Below, piece by piece: positions 40,179 through 53,402 of a stretch of DNA of 64,000 nucleotides. Source of the DNA: Lama glama (taxonomy: Eukaryota). The notes beneath the pieces were generated by a model. That model did no database searches, was not told the origin of the DNA, and saw only the letters and a program-made list of their open reading frames with translations. The position numbers were made by a program, and so were the translations under genes. The DNA lies in assembly GCA_028534125.1 (NCBI GenBank), contig CM052816.1, positions 62,126,001 to 62,190,000 of the forward strand, written 5' to 3'. How positions within the stretch are numbered: position 1 is the stretch's first letter; every line of letters starts with the position of its first letter.

Positions 40179-40999
40179 AAGCACTTTTAAATCTTAAAGC
40201 TATTTTTATCACTCCAGGCCAACAAAATCTCTTCTATATAATCTCATTTTGTCCATAATCCACATTTGTTATATATTTCCTAGTTTCTTCTTTGCATATA
40301 GCCTATGAGGTGAAATACTTGTGGCTTCAAATTCTTGTTTTAACAAAATATCTTATTATGACTTCCAGTGTAAGCCATAAAGCTTAAACTATGTTGAAAA
40401 TATGAATAGGTAACTTTCTTGTTTCTCAGTTTCAGAAGCTAAATTATATCTGACCCAACTTCTCTCATCCCCCTACAGGCAGATTTACAGAGCAGAGCTC
40501 AAACCACAGCTCACTTGCCTGTTAATCACCAGATTCTTCAAAGTTACCATTTGAACTTTGGCTTCCATCCCAAATTCATGGTTGAAACATGTTTTCCCAG
40601 TTTATTGATGTCATTTGGTATAGAATTAAAGACCTGCCATAGAGGCTTGTAAGTGAGCCCAAATGAAAGTTTTCTGGTCATGTGATACAGGCACAACTAA
40701 AGGAAGATTGTGAAAACTGAGGCAGAGATGCAGAGATGCAGAGGAAGGGAGCTGGTATGATGCTGGCCCAGCAAGGATTACAGTCTGCAATCTGGTCATT
40801 GGTCTTGGATGATGTCACATCAATTGTTTCTGGGCAGTTGGTGTAACTCTTCCAGCAGAAGGCAGGAAAAAGAGGGGGAAGGAAAGAGGGTTCCATGGGG
40901 GGCTGCTCTCCATTGCCATGGCCTGGGAGGACCTCCTTGGGGAAAGAGGAAGGGAGATGCCTGGTACCATGTTTGTTCAGTGGTTCCTTTGTCTATGCC

Positions 41000-41180
41000 A
41001 AGGGTTCTCAAACTTGTCTGTGTATCAGAATCACCTGGGGATATTTAATAAATTCTGGAGCCCAGGCCATGCCCCCACCTATGAATCAGAACCTCTGAGG
41101 GTGGGACCCAAGCCCTGATATTTTTTTGAAGCTCCCCAGGGGGATTCCAGTGGGCAACACAAGTTTGGGAACCCTTGGTC
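41000..41180. mobile_element. MER5A-like MITE
   Basis: agggttctcaaactt...cagaatcacctggg...tgaatcagaacctct...aagtttgggaaccct. Confidence 0.8.
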
Positions 41181-41721
41181 TATGCTGTTCTCAGATCCTA
41201 TTTATGTCAAGAAAGCTTGTGAATTGCAACCATCAATGTCAAAGTTTCTTTTTTCCCATTTCTCTACCTAGTCTTAGTTCTCTTGAACCTTGAGTCTGAC
41301 AACAAAGTCAAGATACAGTCATTATACTGTGTTGTTTTGAAAACATTTCTTAAGGCCTAATCACTTTTCTAACATCAAAATACTTGCTTTAAAGCCAAAG
41401 TCATTTTCTAGGGTAACTGCCTTTCTCCATGGCTCCTCATTCCTCTAAGGCACTTTTTCTGAAATAAAATATTCTATTCTTGGTGTCAAACCACAGAGGG
41501 ATTATTCTTGAGCACTTGAAATAATACTCTTATTTTAGTATGGAAATGGTGGGAAAAAATACATTTTTCTAATCAAAATATAATCTTCCAAACTATTTTT
41601 GTCCTTTCCCTCCCAAATAGTTAAAGCTCGAAACTTGTACGATTCTCTTTTTGTGGCTTATGATGAAAATCTTATCGATCCCGCAAGGTGTTCCTGATTT
41701 AGGATACTGGGATAAGGTGTA

Positions 41722-41920
41722 ATAATAATAAGAGCTGGCGTCAATTGCACACTTGCAACGTGTTCCATGTTTTGCTTGGGGCTTTACCTACATCACCTCT
41801 TTCAATTCTCACAGCGATCCAGGGAGGTCGGTGCTATTATTACTCTCACTTTTTGGGGGGGATAAACTGAGGCTTCAGGGGAGGAGGATGCTGTGAGGTC
41901 ACACACTTGGTTAAGCAGCT
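41722..41920 (-). mobile_element. MIR
   Basis: ttcaattctcacagcgatcc...tattattactctcactt...aaactgaggct. Confidence 0.7.
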
Positions 41921-42925
41921 AAGTTATTTCCTTCACAGAGGAATGTGTGAATGAGTGAAAATTTACTGATCAACTGTGTGACAAAAGGTGTGCTAAGTCT
42001 TCACATGGATGTCTCTCATTTTATCTTCATAACCACCAACACAGGCAAAAAATATGACAGGAAGCTCTAGGGATGAAAAACAGATCAAAAGTCTTCTCTC
42101 CTGGCTCTCTGTCCTCCCAACTTGCTTGCTCCTGTTTCCTCTCTAATTATTCTCTCCAGTGAAATGGGAGCAGCCCCACCAGGACCCAGAACAAACACTG
42201 CAGGGAAAATGCTTTCTCTCACTTTTTCCCTCTAGATCAGTAGTTCCAAATCAGGAAAATGAATGAGTCTAAAGCTAGTCTAATTTTGAAGGTGACCTAG
42301 AGGACAAGCGAGGCATCAGGGTTTTGCATGTAGCTGCCCCATAAATAGAAGAGCTGCAATTCCACACAGACAAATGTAATTATTTTTGAAATTTTCTACA
42401 ACTGTATTCAAGCCTGATTTTCAAGGCTTGGCATGCGTCAGTAGATTTTTCCCCTTAATATTTAATATAGAATACTTAGAAAACACCAATATGTAAAAAA
42501 AGAAAATGAAAATCACTTAAATCACTTATCCAGAAAGGAAAAACTGACGATTTTGGTGCATATCCTTGCTATTATATTGAGCTATATAATTTTCACTTTC
42601 CCCCCCAAATAGAGTCATACTGTAAAACTGTTTTATAATCTGCTCTTTCCACTTACTGTCATTTTAAATGTTTGCACAGTATTCTAGCACCTGGGTGTAT
42701 TGTTACTTATTTAATTCTCTGTTGGATATTTAGATCATTCCTCATTTTTCACTATTACAAGTGATTCTGTAATATACTATCCACATTTTTACAGCTTAAA
42801 GGAAATTTAGAAAAATGGTAAGAAAACTAGAGCCCAGAGCAGTCAAGGGATTAAGAAAAATTACTCATTGAAATCTTGGCTGAAATTCTAACTGGATTAC
42901 CAGTCTGAGCTTCCTTCCTTTATAC

Positions 42926-43069
42926 CAGTGGTTCCCATCCTGCAGAGATTTAAAAAAATATTATGTCCAGGCCTCTCCCATAGAGGGGATCTGGGGTATG
43001 GAATCCAGCTATCAGTATTTTCAAAAACTCCTCCAGGAGCTCTAATGTGCAGCAGAGTTAGCACCACTG
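42926..43069. mobile_element. MER5-like MITE
   Basis: cagtggttccc...tctaatgtgcagcagagttagcaccactg termini. Confidence 0.7.
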
Positions 43070-44169
43070 CTCAACACTGTGGGGCTTCTGGAATGAGAAG
43101 CCCACAGGGAGGTGTCCTGGGAGCCTCTCCACATTTCTCCTCCTGCAAGTTAAAGGGGGAATCTCGAAATATCCCACAAGTAAGTAGTCTTTCTTGAGTT
43201 AACAGTACCCAAATATGTTACTCTGGCGACTTCTCAGTCACTTTTCACGGAGTATTTGGTCCTGAAAGTTGAAAGACAAGTGCATATTCTTAGAACTGCT
43301 CAAGTTTTCGAGAGCTTTGGATGTTTGTTTTAGAGCTAGTGCAGGGGAAGGGTGGGGGGGCCAATGAGGAGCTGCAGCTTGAGGGAAAACTGAATGTCTC
43401 GGGCTTTTCACGTGTACTCACAGCTACAGACTCCCGTAGCAGGAGCCCTGAGCTCGCCAAGGCTCTGATCCCGCGCCTGCTTGGTTGCAGCCAGCCTCCC
43501 CAGGCACCTCCAGGAACCCTGGGGTTGTATTTCTGTGAAATACTGGTACGTATCTAAACAGTCCCATTAGTTGCTCACCAGAGCAGTAAGCCAGCCTGAG
43601 TCTTCAGCCCCAGGCCCCAACTGTCCCACAAAAGTGCCAGATGAACTAGAATTGGCCGTCACTGCCACTGCCTCTTCCTGGCTGCGGTGGAGTCAGAAAT
43701 TGATTGTACCCTGAGGCTGGGGAAAGTGAAGCTCACCCACCCCTCCTTCAAGTCAGAGACCGAAAATTAGAAAAAGACTGCTTTGCTATGCCTTCTGTGT
43801 ATTTGGAGAAGCCTCTGGAAGCAAAGTTAACTGAATTGCAAAACTCTAGCATTTAATGATTTAGCTGTCAGTTCAAAGCCACAAGTTCCATTCCAGGGCC
43901 TGGGTTGGAAAGAGTTTCAGGGCTGTGCTCTACCTAGAATACCACTCTCTTAGAAATTATAGCGCAGTGCCAGATGCCGTCTTCCTTCACGGTGGATTTG
44001 CCCCTGGGGACCCCCTGAGGTCCTGTCTAGGATCTGGACCCTTCAGGTGTATATCATGCATCAGCATACCACCTGAAGGTAACCGAGGGGCCACAAACGG
44101 AGGAGATGCATGTCTGTTTACAAGAGAAAGATTCCTTGAAGACAAATAGTAGGATGATGGAGAGTAGGA

Positions 44170-44385
44170 CCTATGGGGCTGTGGACAGGATCATGGACTG
44201 GAAGGCAGGAGACCTGGCTTCTCATTCCGACTGTGTCACTCACAGGCTGTGTGGCCAAAGGCAAGTCACGTCACCTCTCAGAGCATCAGTTTCCTCATAT
44301 ATAAAATTGGGATAATAATTCCCAGCTCAGAGAGGTATAAAAGAGATTAAATGACTTAATAGTTGCAGAAGCACTTGGCATCCTG
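44170..44385 (+). mobile_element. MIR
   Basis: ggcaagtcacgtcacctctcagagcatcagtttcctcatatataaaattgggataataat. Confidence 0.8.
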
Positions 44386-46735
44386 TAAAGCAAGAGACAC
44401 CTAGAGTGACAGTGGGTTTTATTTATTCAATAAAGGATAAGTGCACCTCTCAGGGGCCTCTAAGTCTCCAAGAAATCAAGGGACATTAGACGGCACTCCC
44501 CTGAGCTCTAAAGGTGTAGGACCAAAGAAGGCCCGCGATGGTAGGGAGCAGGAGGAGTCTTCACAGGACTACCTGGGGAGGACTGAGCCCCGGGACTTAT
44601 TCCTCCAACTGCTTGAAGGGGCATGGGGAGGTCACTAGGGGGAAGAGCAAGAGAAGAATGGATGATCCCCTGGGCTACATGCAGTCTTGAGTCTGGAAGG
44701 GACACAATGAGTAAAAGGAAGGTTTGGTGTAGGTTCCACACTTGCAGGCAGAGAAATCTGATCATAGAATGAACCCTCTTTGCTGGGAATTTAGAAATAG
44801 CCACCTAGAAATGGCCATGACTCTTTCTTGCAAATTTGTCAGTGTTTTGTATACAGCATCCTCTTTCAGTGAAGTCCTACTAGCTACTCAATCATATAAA
44901 TATTAAGAAATCAGGTTAAGAGAGTATTTTCTCCTCCTAGGATCTCATTTCGATAAAGTAATATATGCATGTCCTACATTTAGCTTTCATGTGGAACTCA
45001 GACTCTGTTATATATCTGACAGGCTATTTGTCTTGATTTTGATCATAATAAGATCAATGGCTCCTGTTTGATACAAAAAAGTAACGTGTGAGGTATATGA
45101 TAATTTAAATAATTGTCTCAGTAAAAATAAAGAGGCTCTTTCAAGCAATTTGACTCAGGAGACAGGTATAAATATTGTACTTTCTTTCCTTAGGTTTAAT
45201 TCCAGAAATGTTTAACATGTTTCTAAGGCTAATTAAATATGTTTGGCCTTTGTTAACTAACAATTTTAGGCCAAAATATATTTCTCTGTTTGTTTTTCTA
45301 TTTTTGGTAGTGGTTTTTGTTTAATGAGGTGACAAGTATTGGCAAGTTTTAATACTCCACAATGTGCCATTCTGAAAGCGACAAAGAAATTGAGAAGGTG
45401 ATGCAGTTACTAACACAAACCCAAAATGAGAAGACATCCTGACATCTCTCTAATAGTTCATATCCAACAATCTGCAGATATTCTGAGCAAGCGATCAGGT
45501 GATAATTAACAGAGATAGACACTGATGGCTGAGGGCCGCTTTTAGTCAGCAGACTTTTGGTGTTGGCCAGCTTAAAAATCATGCTATTTCATGCACAGAC
45601 ATGAATTTATGGATTCTCTTAAGGAAAAAAAAGCCACGAATACGGCACATTTGGCCCACCTTTCCACATGGGAAGCAGTAATCAGTGGAGCCTGGTGGCA
45701 GCCTGCTCAGATCCACAGGCATGTACCCTCCAGCCCATCACTTCCCCACCTGGCCCGCTTCACTTTTGCACATCACCCATCTGTCCCTTCGTGGATCTGA
45801 GTTTGGAGACCCTGAATTATATGCTGCCTCCACCCCTGCGCCTGTGTGTTCCCTTCAGCTTCATCCCTTTATCTCGTGGCAGTGCTAACTCCTTAACCAG
45901 CACAGTTCCCAAAGAACTAATTACTTCCTCCTTTCCTGTTTTCTTTCCTCTTTTCCGGCCCAGTCATTCTCCTTCCCTGCATCTTTTCCCCTCACATCCC
46001 ACAGTTTCTTTCTCAGCAGTCAGAGAATGCCTTTAAAATGGTGAAGCGTGAAGCAAGACTTTCCCTGAACGAACTGTGGTGACATGTCTTTCAGAAAGAT
46101 TACACCTCAACAGATAATCTGCACTCACTTCACATTTTCACATCAGATCTGCAGTGGTATCTGCGCAATCACCTAATACTAACATTTAGAGAGTAATTTA
46201 GAGCCACTCTGAGTCTGAACAGACTTGGTAACTGAAAACATATTTCATCCTCAGAAAACAAAAGACTGAATCTATGAATATAAAACCAGTTGGTAAGGCT
46301 CCTTCCGTGGAGGGAACATTTGCGGAGTGATTCTGCATTAAGGTGCCTGCTGTGGCCTAAAAGGATCTGAGCAGTTTCTCATTATTCAGTGATGGTACAG
46401 TATTCAAACAGACGCAGCCATTTGAGCTCAAACTTCAGGGAGTAAGAAAACAGGATTTATGGCAAAAAAAAAAAAAAAATCTCCACTCAAGTCACCCGTT
46501 TTGGAAGATACAGCAATCCTGTGTCACATCCACCTCCTGACCCTCCGGGGAGGCGTGGAGGAGCCCTGATCCCGGACCACGTGCTGACAAACAGGATCCA
46601 CCTCAACTGTCCCCTCCCTGTGCACAGAGAGACGTCTTCCCAGGGGTCCACTGCTGGTCTCCCCACAGCCACGCTCTCAGAATCATGAATTCTGGGGCTT
46701 TCGGGCCTCTGCTATGGTCAGGGGAACTGACCCAG

Positions 46736-47190
46736 GGTAATGATTAATTTTTACCTGTCAGCTTGACCACAGGATGCCCAGACGTGTGTTTAAACACTGC
46801 TTCTGGAGGAGATTGGCCTTTGAATTGGTGGACTGAGTAAAGCAGACGGCCCGCCCCAATATGGGGGGGAGGCGGCACCACTCAATCCGCTGATAGAGCG
46901 AAACGGTGAAGGAAAGCTGAATTCTCTCTCTGCCTGAATGTTGAGCTAGGACATCCTTCTCCTCCTGCCCCTGAACTGGGACTCACAGCATTGGTTCCCC
47001 TGGTTCTTGGTTCTTTGGACTTTGAATTTACATATAACTAAGTGGCTTTCCTGGGACCCAGTTTGCAGAGGGCAAATCCTGGGACTGCTCAGCCTCTGTA
47101 GTTGTGTGAGCCAATTTCTCATTTTATGCAACCTCCCCCCACACATACACCCCCTATTGGTTCTGTCTCTCCGGAGAACCCCAGCACGCC
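46736..47190 (+). mobile_element. ERVL LTR (MLT2-like)
   Basis: ttaatttttacctgtcagcttgac...tgaattggtggactgagtaaagcaga...ctattggttctgtctctccggagaaccc. Confidence 0.82.
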
Positions 47191-48106
47191 CAGTGCGGGA
47201 GACATCTTCCACTCACCTGTCAGCCGGGTGAGTGCTTCCCTCTTCACAGTACAGCTGTCCCCATGCAAGGTATACAGCCCCGAATCACAGCCACAGAAAG
47301 ATTCTGACCATTCATACCTGCCTCATCTAGCTCCCTTGGCAGTGAAAACTCTGTTGTGGGCTCAAAGGGAAGGTCTTTCTACATCAAACGCTATTTTTGA
47401 GCAGGACCCAGATGGAGATGATCAGAAAACCAAAACAAATAGATTTTTATAAAAGTTAATTAAGTGCTAGTAAGAACAAGAACAAGAGTCTTAAGGTGAT
47501 TTATCCTTGACTCACTCCCCTAATACTCATTTCTTACCCCATCTGCTTCTTGTTACAGCAGAACAGGACAGTGAATTTCTTTTCCCAAATAATTCCCCTC
47601 GGAATAGAAACAATGACACAAAACCAAAAATGTTTCAAGTGTATAATTCAAGAATTTCTATTTTCTACCTAAATTTTCTCCCACATCCGAAATGTTTTGG
47701 TGAGGGTGAGGGGGCATGGTTTATTCTTTACTTCTAAGACAGTAGGAATTTTTATAGTAATAGCACAATGGAAATATGATATCAAAAATAATAAATCAGA
47801 AATTATCTGTTTACCGATCAAGAATATCTGAGGGAGAAAAACAACACCAGCATCATACAATCCCTCAGCTCAGGGAGTAGATGGCAAGAATGGAAGTGAG
47901 AATTCCAAGCCAAGTTGGAGTGCTGCAGCATTAGACCCACCAAGGGAATAAGAGTCTAAAACTCGGAGCCTGAAGCTCTAACAAGCCGCCGTTCTGGCCA
48001 AAACCTGGAAATCCCATGAAGGGAGAAATTTAGATAATTACTACACATTACAATTTTCAACTCCACTTGTGAGGAGAACAGGAGCTCTTGTGGGTTTATT
48101 GACAAG

Positions 48107-48209
48107 GTTTTTTTTTCTTCTCTTTTTTTTGGTGGAGGTACTGGGAATTGAACCCAGGACCTTGTGTATGCTAAGCATGTGCTCTACCGCTGAGCTATAT
48201 CCTCCCCCC
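48107..48209 (-). mobile_element. Short vic-1-like SINE (tRNA head plus tail)
   Basis: Reverse complement ggatatagctcagcggtagagcacatgcttagcatacacaaggtcctgggttcaattcccagtacctcc followed by an A tail. Confidence 0.85.
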
Positions 48210-49706
48210 AGTTTTGGGTATTTTACGGATTGGTGTGTAGAGATTGGCCTGGTAATCTCTTCCTGTTCTTGTTACTGGTGAGCCCTTCCCAGCTCTTCAC
48301 CCAGCCTGTGCTACTTTCCGGGGTGTTCCCATCAGCTGGTGGGAAGCTGACTCTCCTTTGAGCCCCTCCAGCCCTTGATTCCTCACCCTCAGCTCTATTT
48401 CTCTTTCACCCCTGTACTCGCCAATGTCTTGGAGTTGAGCTGGTGGCCGGTGTCACTGTGGTAGTGGGGTGTCCTGCTCCTCCCCAGATGTCCTCTGCTG
48501 GGAAGAAGCAGGTTGATTCTTGAAACCCAGAATTCAGCCTCCCTAGACCTAGGCCAAAGTCTGGGACATTTCTAGAACTTTCATAGGCAAACAAAGAAGA
48601 AAGAAGGTGCCTGAGGATGGAGTGAGTCGCAGCAGACATAGTACGGAGGAAGGAAGTCTGATAAATCCGGGGCCCAGAGAGAAGTGCTGAGGCCTCAGGA
48701 GTGCAGAGCCAGCTCTGTTCACACTCAATTGGCAGCTTGAGCAAGGCCATAATTTTGTTATTTTTTTCCTGCCTGCCTGTTTTTCCCTTCTTACTAGCCA
48801 AGGAAACCTGAAAAACCCTCAAATCAACTGTGTGCCGGCTGAAGAGGCCCTTGTGCTGAAGTGTGTCCAGGGGAGGAGGGAGACTCGGAGTGGGAATACT
48901 CGCTTGTGGCAAGGGCCGGGAGGGAGGCAGGCCAGCCAGCCCCGAGGCCGCTCCAAGAAAGGAAGGGACTGCGGGGGAAAAGGACAGCCCAGCATGGTGT
49001 CAGGAATAAGGACTCTGGCCCCAGAGAGACCAGTGTTCCAACCCCAGCCTCACCAAATATCCTGACGAAATATCTCAACGTTTTGCCTTAAAAAATACTT
49101 CGCATGTTGGGTGCTCTGGAAAGCTTCCGGATGATGCATGCCTCATCTAGATTCAAGGGTCAGCCCTGGAGTCGTATGGGCTCTGGATGCGACCACTGTC
49201 ATGGAACCATCAGGGCAGGTCACTCGGACCACCGTGCAGACATGCTCCAACTTAAGAGAGAACCCCAGCTCCCAGCTCCCTACACGGTGGCCTGTGAGTG
49301 GGCCTCTGCAGGCTGGTCTCTGTTCCTTGTCGGTAAATGCATTTCTTAGCCAACGTATCTTACTTTAAAACGTTACCACACTGGGTTCTAAGTAAATATT
49401 TCAGAGGGACTCATTTAATCATGGAGAAATCTACGCAAGGACACAGCCCACTGTTGGCTCTTAGCACATCTAAACTCCTATTTCTGCTTCCTCTTGGTTC
49501 ATGACAGACAAATAGTGTCCCTTAAAGTTTACTCATGCCAGGAAATTCAAGGCCAAGCAAATAAAAGAGAAAGGACATTGCTACTTGCTCTCAAATCTCA
49601 GTCCAGGCAGCGGCATCCTTCCCTTTATGAAGTGGTCTTTCCTGCCTACACCCGCTCAGGCAGGGCCAATGGCTGCCTCCTTCGTGCCTGTACTGGATCA
49701 TCTATG

Positions 49707-50103
49707 TCTTTCTTTCTTTCTTTTTGTTGAAATATATAGTTGATTTACAATGTTGTATTAGTTTCAGTTATATATATATGTATATATATATATATACATA
49801 TATATGTATATGTATATATATATATTTACTTCCTTTTCATATTCTTTTTCATTATAGGCCATTACAAGCTATTAGATATAGTTCCCTGTGCTATACAGTA
49901 GGACCTTGCTGTTTATCTATTTTATATATAGTAGTTAGTATCTGCAAATCCCCACTCCCAATTTATCTCTCACCCTCTCCTTCCCACCCTGGTAACTGCA
50001 AGTTTGTTTTCTATGTCTATGAGTCCATCTCTGTTTTGTAAATAAATTCATTTGTGTCCTTTTTTTTAGATTCCACATGTAAGTGATGTCGTATGGTATT
50101 TTT
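49707..50103 (-). mobile_element. Lineage-specific L1 3' end with internal TA-rich repeat
   Basis: Same family as 39544-40178; (TA)-rich tract at ~49768-49825. Confidence 0.85.
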
Positions 50104-50132
50104 CTAAAATTTCCCTAAATAAATATTTAGGG

Positions 50133-50250
50133 AATATTAATGGAGGTACTGAGGATTGAACCCAAGTTTAAATATTAATGGAGGTACTGAGGATTGAACC
50201 CAAGTCCTCGTGCATGCTAAGTGTGTGCTCTACCGCTGAGCTATACCCAC
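50133..50250 (-). mobile_element. vic-1-like SINE head with internal 35-bp tandem duplication, no own tail
   Basis: aatattaatggaggtactgaggattgaacccaagt at 50133-50167 and 50171-50205. Confidence 0.85.
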
Positions 50251-50269
50251 ACCCGACCCCTCACCCCTT

Positions 50270-50450
50270 TTCTATTACAGCATTGACTGCACTGTTTGGC
50301 AGAGATTTGTTTACATGTCTGTCTCTACACAGGTGCTACGCGATAAGCTCCTCAAAGGGCAGGGGCTTTGTTTTATTTCTGTTTATACTTCCAAGCCTAG
50401 CACAGTGTCTGGCCCACAGTAGGTGTTCAGTGTTTAATGAATAAATGGAT
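50270..50450 (+). mobile_element. L2 3' end
   Basis: taagctcctcaaagggcagggg...cctagcacagtgtctggcccacagtaggtgttca...tgaataaatg. Confidence 0.8.
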
Positions 50451-50689
50451 AGGCCAATACACCAAGAAGGGAAAGGGCAGGAAGGGAAGGGAAAGGCATC
50501 TCCTCCCACTTCTTTTCCCCACTCCAGCACCCTTTCCTTCATCCAGGCACCCTACCCTTCCTGTCTCCCCAGGCGGGCCAAAGAGCCTGACCTCAGCCTC
50601 AGGAAGCATCCCTTTGACCTACATATTGGGAAATTTTGTCCTCTCTAGATAGCTAATATGGAGAGAGATGTCTGTCATTTGGATCATGA

Positions 50690-51064
50690 AACTTGTAGCC
50701 AGGAAAGCCACATGCACAGTCCTGGCCAATGAGATGTTCAGAAGTTGCTGTGTCAGGCTTCGGAGAAAGCCCTTTGAAAAGAGACACACTCAATTGTTTT
50801 ATGTCTTTGCCTTTTGCTCTCTGACCTTCCTACTTGCTGGCAATGTGGACACAATTTCTGGAGCTGAAGCAGCAATCTTGGGACCTTGAGAAAGAGGCCT
50901 GGGTTATTACATAAATCTCAGTTCTGATATCTTTGAATCATGAACCAGTGCATGCTAGCTCCTATCCCTGGGTTTATAATTATGTGAGAAAATAGGCCTT
51001 TATGTAAGTAAGTCACTGAAATCTGGTCTGTGTTACTTGCAGCTGAAGATAACTGCAAACTGAT
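50690..51064 (+). mobile_element. MaLR LTR (MLT1I/J-like)
   Basis: ctggccaatgagatg...ctggagctgaagcagcaatcttg...tgttacttgcagctgaa. Confidence 0.65.
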
Positions 51065-51322
51065 AATCTAGTCTTCTTTCTTCTCCTCAGACACACCAAG
51101 GTCGGTTCATTTAGGGCCTTTACACTTGCTATTCCTTCGGCCTGAAACGTTTTTCTCTCAGATCATCACATGACTTGTCCCTTCTCAAAGTCAGATACCA
51201 AGTTAGAATATCACCTTCTCAGATGTCACCAAATTGCATCCATCATTCTTTAATATCGTTCTATTTTATTTTCTCCATTGCATTTATCACTATCTGAAAT
51301 GCCCTCTCTTTGCTTGTTTCTT

Positions 51323-51687
51323 ATTTTCTTTGTCCATTCAGGTGGCTATAACAAAATGCCACAGACTGGGTGGCCCATAAACAACAGAAATTTATTTCTC
51401 ATGGTTTTGGAGACTGGGAAGTCCAAAATCAAGGCATGAGTGTGGTCGTGTTCAGTAAGAACCTTCTTCCTGGCTCATGGCCAGTGCCTTCTCTCTCTGT
51501 CCTCACAGGTGGAAGGAGTGGGAGAGATTTCTGAGGCCTCTTTTATTTAGGGACTAATCTCATTTAGGGGGGCTCCACTCTCATGGCCGAAGCACCTCCC
51601 AAAGGCCCTACCTGCCAATATCATCAATCAGGCATTAAGATTTCAACATATAAATTCTGTGGGGATACAAGCCTGCAGACCACAGTA
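51323..51687 (-). mobile_element. MaLR LTR (MLT1A-like) inserted in an L2 (~51070-51800)
   Basis: gctataacaaaatgccacagactgggtgg...aacaacagaaatttatttctca...gatttcaacatataaatt. Confidence 0.85.
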
Positions 51688-52634
51688 CTTCTTCATCTTC
51701 CCCACCATGAATGCAGGAAGCATCTCTATTTTTTTTCAGAACTGCTAAGTCTCCAGCACCTAGAAAAGTACGTGGTATATGGTGGGTGCTCTATGAATAG
51801 GTCCCAGAAACAGAGATGACTTCCAGAGTTGGAAAGAAATACATTTCCCCATAGAATGTACTACCATGTGTTGAATAGGTTTATAATTGAGGAAATTATG
51901 GGTTAAATGCCATTTAGGACCTGACTACTGTATATAACATTGTTTATATGAGATAACAATTTCTCTTAATGAATTCATTATAATCTTGATCATAGATCAT
52001 CTTGCAGCTTATCTTCATACCTAGAAAACCCTGCCTCCCTCATTTTATTCCTAATAGCTCATCGGATTTCAACTCCTTGATGGAATTTTTTTCTTTGATT
52101 TAAAAGAAAGTTTAAAAAAATTTTTTTAAAGAGTCCCACTCAATCTCTGGTAGGTTTTTTGAATTGATTTCTTGAGTGCCATTCCTTAGCCCCCTTGCTG
52201 GCCCTATCCTATTTCACATCCTGTCTCAGGAAATTTATACTCAAGCCCTTTCAAAGGCACCTTGCCTTTTTTCCTGTCCTCCCAGTGGCTCCTGAAACTC
52301 TCATCTTTTCCATAGGCCTATTTAAAAGCAGCAAAATCTTCTTAATCCCATTGGGACCCTTCCATCTGCTCTGGATTTCAGTGTGAGGAGTGCTAGCAGA
52401 CAGTGAGACTGCAAGTAAGACCTCGATATTTAGAAGAATCAATTACTCCTTTTAATATCTAGAATATGCTTTTCCATATAGAAACCACAGATAGAGACTA
52501 ACAGAATGGGCCATCTTGTTACACACACGCCTGCTACATACTCTTAAGGAATAAAAAGCAGACTAGTTTGAGTAAGTAAAGGGTTTACAAATTAAATGGT
52601 AAAAGATAAGTCTAGGAACACAGGTTGGGGACAG

Positions 52635-53070
52635 AGATCGTTAGTTGTTTGGAAATAGCCACGCTTCCCCTTTTTCTTAGTAACGAGGTCCTCCTTTTAT
52701 TTAAGGTGACAATGATAAATGAATACATCTCCCAGTCTCCTCTGTGGTTAGGTGCGCCCATGTTACACGGTACTGGAAGAAGTTTTGTTTGGGTTTGCTT
52801 AAAGAGAGGGGACCCAGCTGGGAAGTGTGGCCCTTTCCCCTTCATCCTTTCTTCCAGTCTGGAACTTGGACTGATGGCTGGAACTCCTGTAGCAATCCTG
52901 CATCACAAAGTGGGGTTGAGGATGGAGGTCACAAACAGAAACACTGATTTCATGGCCCCAGTGCACCAGTTCCGAATTCCCCTTTCTGGGGCTTCTTTTC
53001 TGTGTGTCTTCAAGCAACTGCTACTTTGAATTTTTTGTTAAATATAACCAAGTATAATCCACTTTGATAC
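52635..53070 (+). mobile_element. MaLR LTR (MLT1J-like)
   Basis: tacatctcccagtctcctctgtggttagg...tgatggctggaactcctgtagcaatcctg. Confidence 0.65.
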
Positions 53071-53079
53071 TAATGCTCA

Positions 53080-53402
53080 CAGGGGAAGCTTTAAAACAAT
53101 ATCCCGGTGCCCAGCCTGCATCCCAGATCATTTATATCAGAAACTCTAGGGATGGAATTCAAGCATCAACAATTTTTTAAAGCTTCCTGGGTGATTGCAG
53201 TGTACAGCCCAGGTTGAGAATCACTGCTTCAGGCTGACAGGCCTCATAGTTAGCATGCTCAAGAATCTCCTGGGGGATAGGGCAGTGTTTAAAAATTGGA
53301 CTTCCAGGCCTTATTCCCCCAAATTTTGGTTCTTTCCATCTGAAGGCATCCCAGGTGATTCAGAGACAGGCAACCCAGGGATCACACTTGAAGAAACACT
53401 GC
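53080..53402. mobile_element. Two adjacent MER5-like MITE remnants
   Basis: tcagaaactctaggg...ggtgattgcagtgtacagcccaggttgagaatcactg; ccaggtgattc...cacacttgaagaaacactg. Confidence 0.6.

Noticed and set aside
48406..49368. Cluster of ORFs, including a 168-aa one, in a GC-richer patch
   Set aside because: No recognisable protein similarity, exon structure or poly-A/TSD signature
11390..50250. tRNA-like sequences as tRNA genes
   Set aside because: They have SINE tails, TSDs and degenerate stems; they are retroposed SINEs
52010..52035. AG|GT recursive splice-site candidate (ttttctag|gtatga on the minus strand)
   Set aside because: Polypyrimidine tract is very short and preceded by purines; I noticed no convincing recursive site in intron 2 by eye
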